A stretch of 57,334 bases of DNA, taken from positions 1 through 57,334 of the forward strand of contig JAYRXE010000010.1 of NCBI GenBank assembly GCA_041917695.1, in the 5' to 3' direction. The notes beneath the pieces are model-generated. The model saw only the letters and a list, made by a program, of their open reading frames with translations, did not search any database and was not told the origin of the DNA. Positions 51,733 to 57,334 of this stretch are shown piece by piece; the first letter of the stretch is position 1; the number at the start of each line of letters is the position of its first letter. The stretch is from Minisyncoccota bacterium. Its GTDB lineage: Bacteria > Patescibacteriota > Minisyncoccia > UBA6257 > GWB1-50-10. The translations under genes and the position numbers were made by a program.

Positions 51733-53496
51733 ATGCCGCGTCGCAAGCTCACTCACGACCAACTGTCCCAGGTGCTCGAATTGATGCGGGGTCTGTCCGG
51801 GTCCGCCGCGTCCGCCACGGCTGATCGCCTGGCCAGCCAGTTCGGCGTTACGCGGAGCGCGATCTACGAGGCTTCCGAGTCGGTCAGACCGGCCCGGAAG
51901 CGTCGGAAGGATGCCGGGCGGCGCGTGGCGAGCTTGACCGAGCATCCGGTGCTTCGGTTCGCGACGATGCTCGTGGTGACAAAGCATCTGGACCCGGCAA
52001 TGGCGTTGGAGGCGGCACAACTGAACGGGGCATCCGCTCCGGTTTCGCTGGAAACCTTCCTCCGCTATCTCCGTGAACAGAACCTGTCCGCCAAAACCCG
52101 GAAGGTGGCGGTCACGCCGCATCGCCGGTTCCAAGCGGAATACGCCGGGCAAATCTTTCAGGGCGACTGGTCGGCGTTGAAGGAAAGGTGGATGGACCCG
52201 ACCACCCGGCGCATCCTCCGCATCCCCGGCTCGGACGAGCGGAATCACCCCGAGCGGGGCGGCAACCGGGTCCGGGTCTGGATTTGTTCGATTGTGGACG
52301 ACTACTCCCGGCGGCTGTTCCTGAAATGCATCGTCGGGCGCGTGCCGACGCAGTTGGACACTTTGGAAGCCCTGAAGGAGTGCGGACAGGAATTCGGAGA
52401 TCTGTGCCGCATCTACTACTCGGACAACGGCGGCGAACAGAAGGCGGGCATCATGAGGAACGCTGCCCGATGCCTGAACATCTACTATGCGGAGTGCGGT
52501 GGTTTCGAGCTTCGGCAGCACAGTCCTCGTAATTCCCGCGCTTCCGGCAAGGTCGAGAACACCTTCAAGGTCACGGACAAGTTTGCCCGCCTGCTCGGAC
52601 TCGTCGAGAACCCCAGCCTCGACGAACTCAACGCCTTCTTCAAAAACGTCGCCGAACGCAAAAACCATACCGTCCATCGGGAGACCGGCGAGAAGCCGAT
52701 CATCCGGTGGCGTAGCGGATTGCGCGTTCCCCGCGCGATGCCGCCCGCCGAACTGGACGCCGTTCTGCGCGCCCAGTTGTTCGAAGGAGTGGTCCTTCGC
52801 CCGGATATGACCATCGCCATCGAGGGCGCCCGGTGGCAGGTCCCGCACCAGAGTCCGTTCGTCGAGTACGCGAAGGCACGGGTCAACGTGCTGTTCCCGG
52901 TCATTGACCGCAAGGCGCAAGCGATCCGGACCCCGGACGACTACGCCGACGCGGTTGGCTGGATGGTGGTCACTCTGCCGGATCAGTCCGAGTGGAAGAT
53001 CACCCGCCGGCTGTTCGCGCCGGATGTGGCGCTCGATTTCAAGGGCGTGCAGGAGTCGGCCACGCAGCAGATCATCAAGGCGCTCGAAGCCGACGCCGCG
53101 AACCTCGATCTTTCGGCGGTCTCCGTGCCCGGTTTCCACGCCCCATTCGCGGGGCAGGCCGACGACAGCGTGGTCCTGTTCCCGGCCCGTCAGGTCACAG
53201 GCAACGCCGACAACCTCGGCGCGGCCGTGATGGACAGCCAGCATCAACCGGCGGCGGTCGTCGAATTCCCCGCGCCGCCCGAACCCGAAAACGATTACAG
53301 CGAATTACTCGACCTCGTCTCCGCGCGCCGGTGGTTGCTGGCGGAACGGCTGCTTGCGCCCCCGATCAGCGATCAGGACGTGGAGTGGTTGTGCGAGGTC
53401 TTCAACGGCCGTGTCGAGATCAGCGCCAAAGAGCTTCGCGCGGCCTTCGATCAACGTGAAAACCAGCGCCCGCAACGACTGGCGCTTGTCAGATAG
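51733..53496 (+). CDS. Mu A-like DDE transposase (587 aa)
   Basis: rve-type core (QGDWSAL...WICSIVDDYSRR...YYSDNGGEQKAG...HRETGEKP). N-terminal HTH-like region. Followed by an AAA+ B-type gene. Confidence 0.8.
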   Translation: MPRRKLTHDQLSQVLELMRGLSGSAASATADRLASQFGVTRSAIYEASESVRPARKRRKDAGRRVASLTEHPVLRFATMLVVTKHLDPAMALEAAQLNGASAPVSLETFLRYLREQNLSAKTRKVAVTPHRRFQAEYAGQIFQGDWSALKERWMDPTTRRILRIPGSDERNHPERGGNRVRVWICSIVDDYSRRLFLKCIVGRVPTQLDTLEALKECGQEFGDLCRIYYSDNGGEQKAGIMRNAARCLNIYYAECGGFELRQHSPRNSRASGKVENTFKVTDKFARLLGLVENPSLDELNAFFKNVAERKNHTVHRETGEKPIIRWRSGLRVPRAMPPAELDAVLRAQLFEGVVLRPDMTIAIEGARWQVPHQSPFVEYAKARVNVLFPVIDRKAQAIRTPDDYADAVGWMVVTLPDQSEWKITRRLFAPDVALDFKGVQESATQQIIKALEADAANLDLSAVSVPGFHAPFAGQADDSVVLFPARQVTGNADNLGAAVMDSQHQPAAVVEFPAPPEPENDYSELLDLVSARRWLLAERLLAPPISDQDVEWLCEVFNGRVEISAKELRAAFDQRENQRPQRLALVR

Positions 53497-53505
53497 GAGT
53501 CAGCG

Positions 53506-54669
53506 ATGTCCAGCAAATTCCCCTGGGACGCGGTCGGGCTGTCGGTGCGCGAGTTCAGCAAGCTGTGTGGCGGTGCCGCCGCCGGCGCGGCCCCGTCCAC
53601 GCTGCAATCCGTCTGGATTGGTGACGCCACCGAACGGACGGCTGAAAAGGTAAAGCCCCTGATTACTCAGGGGCTTCGAAAAGCGCTCTCCATCAAGGGT
53701 TTCAAAGGCAGGACACTTGAAACCGAGATTCAAACGATTTTCACCGGGATGGCGGGTGCCACCGTCACCCCGGACGAGGATAACCAGATGGCTGAAAAAT
53801 TCGCAACCCTCTCCCCGGCGCAACAGCGCAAGTTCGGTTTCCGCTTCGACCCGTTCGCCGCGCGGCCCGTCCGGCGCGAAGACGTGTGGACCAACAAAGA
53901 CCTTGACGAAATCGAGACGCAGGCAATCTACGCGGTCAAGAATCAGCACATGCTCGGCATCGTCGGCGTCCCCGGCACCGGCAAGACCGAGATGCGGAAG
54001 CGGCTCGTCGATCTTTCGCGGAAGTCGGGCGGCAAGATGCACATCCTGTTCCCCGAGGCGCGCGACATGCGGGGCGTCCGGACCGGTGCGATCATGTCCG
54101 GAATTTTGCGGCACTTCGAAGAGCACGTTCCGTTGGACCTGGTCGCCCGCGACGAACGCCTGATCAAACTGTTGGCCCGGCTGTCGGACAACAACGAGAC
54201 GGTGGCGCTGTGCTTCGACGACGCGCACCAGCTTGACGACCGCGTCCTCATCAACCTGAAGCGATTCCTCGAAATGTCGGACGGCGGCTACACCTACTAC
54301 CTGTCGGTGCTCCTGTTCGGCCAGCCGCCGCTTGAGGCCCGCCTCGCCGACTTCCGGTTCAGCGAAATCATGCAGCGGGTCGAGATGCGTCGCCTCCCCG
54401 AACTCACCGGGGCGACCGGGTGGGAATACGTCAACTGGCGGTGTCGGCTGGCCGGGGTCAACGCGGCCGACGTCATCGAGCAGGCCGTCGTCGAGAAGCT
54501 CGTGAACGACCGCCGGTGCAAGACTCCGCTCGCTCTCGGCAACGCCTGCACCGCCCTGCTGATCGATGCCTGGGCGACCGGTGAAACCTGCGTGCGGGTC
54601 GGCGCGGTCAAATGGAAAGAGAGCGAGATGTCCTCTTCCCGCGTGGTTGCCTCGAAGAAGGCGGCGTAA
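53506..54669 (+). CDS. Mu B-like AAA+ transposition ATPase (387 aa)
   Basis: Walker A GVPGTGKT and Walker B LCFDDAH. Lies directly after the transposase. Confidence 0.75.
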   Translation: MSSKFPWDAVGLSVREFSKLCGGAAAGAAPSTLQSVWIGDATERTAEKVKPLITQGLRKALSIKGFKGRTLETEIQTIFTGMAGATVTPDEDNQMAEKFATLSPAQQRKFGFRFDPFAARPVRREDVWTNKDLDEIETQAIYAVKNQHMLGIVGVPGTGKTEMRKRLVDLSRKSGGKMHILFPEARDMRGVRTGAIMSGILRHFEEHVPLDLVARDERLIKLLARLSDNNETVALCFDDAHQLDDRVLINLKRFLEMSDGGYTYYLSVLLFGQPPLEARLADFRFSEIMQRVEMRRLPELTGATGWEYVNWRCRLAGVNAADVIEQAVVEKLVNDRRCKTPLALGNACTALLIDAWATGETCVRVGAVKWKESEMSSSRVVASKKAA

Positions 54670-54719
54670 CTCGACCGGCCTGGGCAACCGGGCCGGACCT
54701 ACAAGGAGCATCGCAAGAA

Positions 54720-55046
54720 ATGAATGAGCCAGAATATCCCACCAAAATCGACGGATTAGTGCTTCACCTCGGCCTGAGTCCAGAGGATTTTGCGCTCCTC
54801 TTGACGGTTCAGGGACTGCTCGGACAACCGTTGCCGAAGTCTCAAGAAGAGATCGTGGACTGCCTTGATCGATTGGTGAAGGGAGCAATCCAGGAAAACA
54901 TCCGCCGCACCCTGAATTGCAACTCGCCCTGGAGGAAGAAAACTGCTTCCGATGCCGCCGGGAAATTTATTGCGGATTTGGAAGCGGGCCTTATCCCGAA
55001 GAGCATCCCGAACTTTTTCGAGGGATACAGGAGGGGCAACGGATGA
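54720..55046 (+). CDS. hypothetical phage protein (108 aa)
   Basis: The ATG at 54720 inside ORF 54612..55046 is preceded by AAGGAG. Confidence 0.55.
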   Translation: MNEPEYPTKIDGLVLHLGLSPEDFALLLTVQGLLGQPLPKSQEEIVDCLDRLVKGAIQENIRRTLNCNSPWRKKTASDAAGKFIADLEAGLIPKSIPNFFEGYRRGNG

Positions 55047-55339
55047 AACGATTCGACAAAACCCTCGCCTGCATCGCCTGCAAGGCCCAGTTTGTCTGGA
55101 CCGCCCTCGACCAGGAGTTCTACCGGGAACGCGGGCTGAAACAGCCCAAGCGGTGCAAGACGTGCCGCGAAGCTCGCAAGGCTTTGTTTGAGGGCAACCA
55201 GATCAAGCCCGGCGTCGCGATCTCGGTGCATGTCAACTGCTCCGAATGCGAAAAATCCACGTCGGTCCCGTTCGTGCCCGCCGATGGCCGTCCAGTTCTG
55301 TGCCGGGACTGCTACCTGAAACAGAAACTCACCGCATGA
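55043..55339 (+). CDS. zinc-ribbon protein (98 aa)
   Basis: Two units, CIACK...KRCKTCR and CSECE...VLCRDC. ATGA overlap with the previous gene. Confidence 0.6.
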   Translation: MKRFDKTLACIACKAQFVWTALDQEFYRERGLKQPKRCKTCREARKALFEGNQIKPGVAISVHVNCSECEKSTSVPFVPADGRPVLCRDCYLKQKLTA

Positions 55340-55596
55340 AGGGCCAACGCAAAAAGCCCCTCACCCCCCTGGAGGAAGCGACCGCTCGGGTGCGCTTCCT
55401 CGAATATCAACTCTACGGGGTCGAGACCCAACGCGACGCGCTCACGCGCCAGTTGGCCGCGAAACAGACTGAAATCGACGAACTCCGGCGCCGCTATGAA
55501 GAGCTGTGCGACGAGGTATTCCGTCCCGGTTTCAGGCCAGACCCCGAATCGTTCGCCGGTCGCGCGAAGGCGGCCAGAAAGCAGAAGTCAGCATGA
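55336..55596 (+). CDS. hypothetical coiled-coil phage protein (86 aa)
   Basis: Internal Met of ORF 55246..55596. ATGA overlap with the previous gene. Confidence 0.5.
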   Translation: MKGQRKKPLTPLEEATARVRFLEYQLYGVETQRDALTRQLAAKQTEIDELRRRYEELCDEVFRPGFRPDPESFAGRAKAARKQKSA

Positions 55597-55838
55597 AGAA
55601 TTCGACCATCGGCAAATTCCCGAAAATCTCTGACCGTGGCTTCGGCTACTACAAGTTCAAGGACCAGTATGGCCGGGAGTGTTCACTCAACGAGTCATCA
55701 GCCGCGCGTCAGAAGTGCATTTGGCTTGGCACTAAAGATGAGGCAATGCACCTGAACCAAAAGGATGTGGCTGAACTGATTCCGTTACTTCAACACTTTG
55801 TGGAAACCGGGCACCTGCCCCGGAAGGAGGAAGTGTGA
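55593..55838 (+). CDS. hypothetical phage protein (81 aa)
   Basis: Internal Met of ORF 55506..55838. ATGA overlap with the previous gene. Confidence 0.5.
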   Translation: MKNSTIGKFPKISDRGFGYYKFKDQYGRECSLNESSAARQKCIWLGTKDEAMHLNQKDVAELIPLLQHFVETGHLPRKEEV

Positions 55839-56353
55839 CCATGGAACAGGAAACCTACAACGTCGATGAAATGCAAATTCAAGGGATGCACTGGCGGAAA
55901 CGCCCGCTCGTGATTCAGGCCGTCCAGTTGCCGTATCCATTCGAAGTCACGACTCTGCAAGGCGTGATGACCGGAAAGGCTGGTGATTACCTCGTCATCG
56001 GCATCAAGGGCGAGCGCTATCCGGTTGACCGGGAGATTTTTGAAAACTCGTACGTCGCTTCCAATCCGGAGGCCGACAAGTTGCAGGAAATCTTCGAACA
56101 GATCGCCGAAGAACGCCGACATCAGGATTCGAAATGGGGCGGACCGGATCACGATGACAAGCTGGCCCTTTTCGACTTCGTCAGCTTCATGACCAGAAAG
56201 CTGTTTCAACTTTGGGGGGAACAATTCCAAGGAATCAGTCCCCGTCTGAGGTTCATCCAGGTTGCCGCCCTGGCCGTTGCCGCCATCCAGTCGTCATACC
56301 GCCGCGAAGCGATCTTCCAGACAATCTATTCGGGGAAAGGCGAGGTGCGGTGA
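55835..56353 (+). CDS. hypothetical phage protein, C-terminal half possibly MazG-like NTP pyrophosphohydrolase fold
   Basis: ORF track. EERRHQDSKWGGPDHDD resembles the R..Q..KWG motif of phage MazG-like proteins as I recall it. Alternative ATG at 55841. Confidence 0.5.
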   Translation: MTMEQETYNVDEMQIQGMHWRKRPLVIQAVQLPYPFEVTTLQGVMTGKAGDYLVIGIKGERYPVDREIFENSYVASNPEADKLQEIFEQIAEERRHQDSKWGGPDHDDKLALFDFVSFMTRKLFQLWGEQFQGISPRLRFIQVAALAVAAIQSSYRREAIFQTIYSGKGEVR

Positions 56354-56604
56354 TGGCAAATTCCAAGCCCAAGAAGAAGACGCTGAAGCTCACCATCACC
56401 GTGACCGAGGAAGCCGTGGCGCAGTCGGATGGGACCGTCAACACCACGGTCAACTTCGCTTTCACTCCGTTTGTGGATGAGAACGAACCTTCCGTGCGTC
56501 GGGCGATTTGCATGGCAGCGGTTCAGGGAGTTCAGAAGTTCTTCGAAGATCAGAACACGATCCCGACCGGCCTCAAGCTGAAGCCGAAGAAAGGAGGCCG
56601 ATGA
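56353..56604 (+). CDS. hypothetical phage protein (83 aa)
   Basis: Internal Met MANSKPKKK of ORF 56212..56604. Overlaps the previous stop. Confidence 0.5.
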   Translation: MANSKPKKKTLKLTITVTEEAVAQSDGTVNTTVNFAFTPFVDENEPSVRRAICMAAVQGVQKFFEDQNTIPTGLKLKPKKGGR

Positions 56605-57334
56605 TGGGCGAGAACTCCAACATTGAATGGTGTCACCATACCTACAATCACTGGATCGGCTGCACGAAGGTTTCGCCTGGCTGCGCCAACTGCTACGCCG
56701 AATCAGAGAACCATCGGCGGAAGTGGGCGGTCGAAGGCTGGGGGAAGGGCAAGCCTCGTCACCTCACTTCTGAGCGGAATCATTTTCAACCTGTCATCTG
56801 GGATCGGAAGGCGAAGAATTACGGGAAACGACGGCGCGTCTTCTGTTCGTCTTTGGCCGATTGGCTGGATGACGAAGTCCCGGTTCAATGGTTCGTCGGC
56901 CTGCTGAAAATTGTTCGAAAGTGTCGAAATCTTGATTGGTTGCTCCTCACCAAAAGGCCGGAAAACTTCCTGGACAGGATGAAAGGGGTTTTACGCGAAC
57001 CAGACGAGGATTTGCCGGTCGGCTTGCGCGAATGGATCGAAAAATGGTTGGCAGGTAAAGCCCCCAAAAATGTCTGGATGGGGGTCAGTGTGGAAGACCA
57101 GCAGCGCGCCAATGAGCGAATCCCTGAACTCCTCCATATCCCCGCTCAGGTTCGATTTCTTTCGGTCGAACCTATGCTCGGCCCCATAAATCTTGCCTGT
57201 ATCGAAAGCCCCAAGGGGCCTCGGATGCATGCCTTGGATGGACACGAGGCCGTCTACACCTTTGGCGGCAAATTGATCCTTTCGAAGGTTCACTGGGTTA
57301 TCGCTGGCGGAGAATCCGGAGTGAATGCCCGTCC
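56601..57334 (+). CDS. phage Gp37/Gp68 (DUF5131) family protein, 3' end outside the window
   Basis: Not in the ORF track because it has no stop in the window. My translation from ATG 56601 reads MMGENSNIEWCHHTYNHWIGCTKVSPGCANCYAE...RVFCSSLADWLDDEVP...LLLTKRPEN...FLSVEPMLGPI, the characteristic DUF5131 motifs. The frame is open to 57334. Confidence 0.8.
   Translation, partial: MMGENSNIEWCHHTYNHWIGCTKVSPGCANCYAESENHRRKWAVEGWGKGKPRHLTSERNHFQPVIWDRKAKNYGKRRRVFCSSLADWLDDEVPVQWFVGLLKIVRKCRNLDWLLLTKRPENFLDRMKGVLREPDEDLPVGLREWIEKWLAGKAPKNVWMGVSVEDQQRANERIPELLHIPAQVRFLSVEPMLGPINLACIESPKGPRMHALDGHEAVYTFGGKLILSKVHWVIAGGESGVNAR

Larger units (their letters stand above)
45560..57334 (+). mobile_element. 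Mu-like transposable prophage, left portion (continues beyond the window)
   Basis: Leftward CI/S24 repressor, rightward Ner-like gene, GemA-like gene, DDE transposase A, AAA+ B protein, then small early genes and DUF5131, mostly translationally coupled and GC-rich. The left boundary is inferred only. Confidence 0.7.

Noticed and set aside
50758-53247. 829-aa minus-strand ORF, with similar long antisense ORFs at 53500..54888, 49676..50536, 48254..49204 and 47545..48408.
   Set aside because: These are shadow ORFs in GC-rich DNA. They lie antisense to plus-strand genes with clear motifs (DDE transposase, AAA+ ATPase), RBSs and ATGA coupling. Their translations are Arg/Gly/Pro-rich and low in complexity.

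Overview
Mosaic accessory region of a mid-GC bacterial replicon. I saw no rRNA, tRNA or CRISPR array. Order, left to right: (1) an FG-GAP/VCBS repeat protein and a small mercury module (merR, merT-merP fusion, thioredoxin-fold gene) with no merA. (2) A Tn7-like core, a TnsA-TnsB fusion plus a TnsC/TniB ATPase, with no recognisable target selector. It is followed by an ORF-poor 0.65 kb GC-rich stretch, a degenerate ExoI-like protein with a zinc-ribbon tail, and a ParA/ParB module ending in a 138-bp tandem duplication carrying four palindromes. (3) A cluster of unknown function: a 1629-aa pentapeptide/HEAT-repeat protein with two small partners, four hypothetical genes and an SF2 helicase. It is driven by sigma54-type promoters (TGGCACG-N4-TTGC), each with a recurring 16-bp palindrome TTCCKGA-NN-TCMGGAA upstream. 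A fourth sigma54 promoter with the same palindrome drives a pseudopilin operon at 35.8 kb. (4) A mobile-element and defence patch: an IS4-family element inserted exactly in the end hairpin of an IS200/IS605 element (tnpA+tnpB), an AbiEi/AbiEii pair, and three diverged copies of the helicase 3' end flanking these inserts. (5) A Ser/Thr kinase-FGE fusion, a solo tnpB flanked by 187-bp direct repeats, and a TPR protein. (6) The left part of a GC-rich Mu-like transposable prophage: CI/LexA-type repressor, Ner-like protein, GemA-like protein, DDE transposase A, AAA+ B protein and a DUF5131 gene. It runs off the right edge. All functional calls rest on motifs read from the translations. No database search was run.
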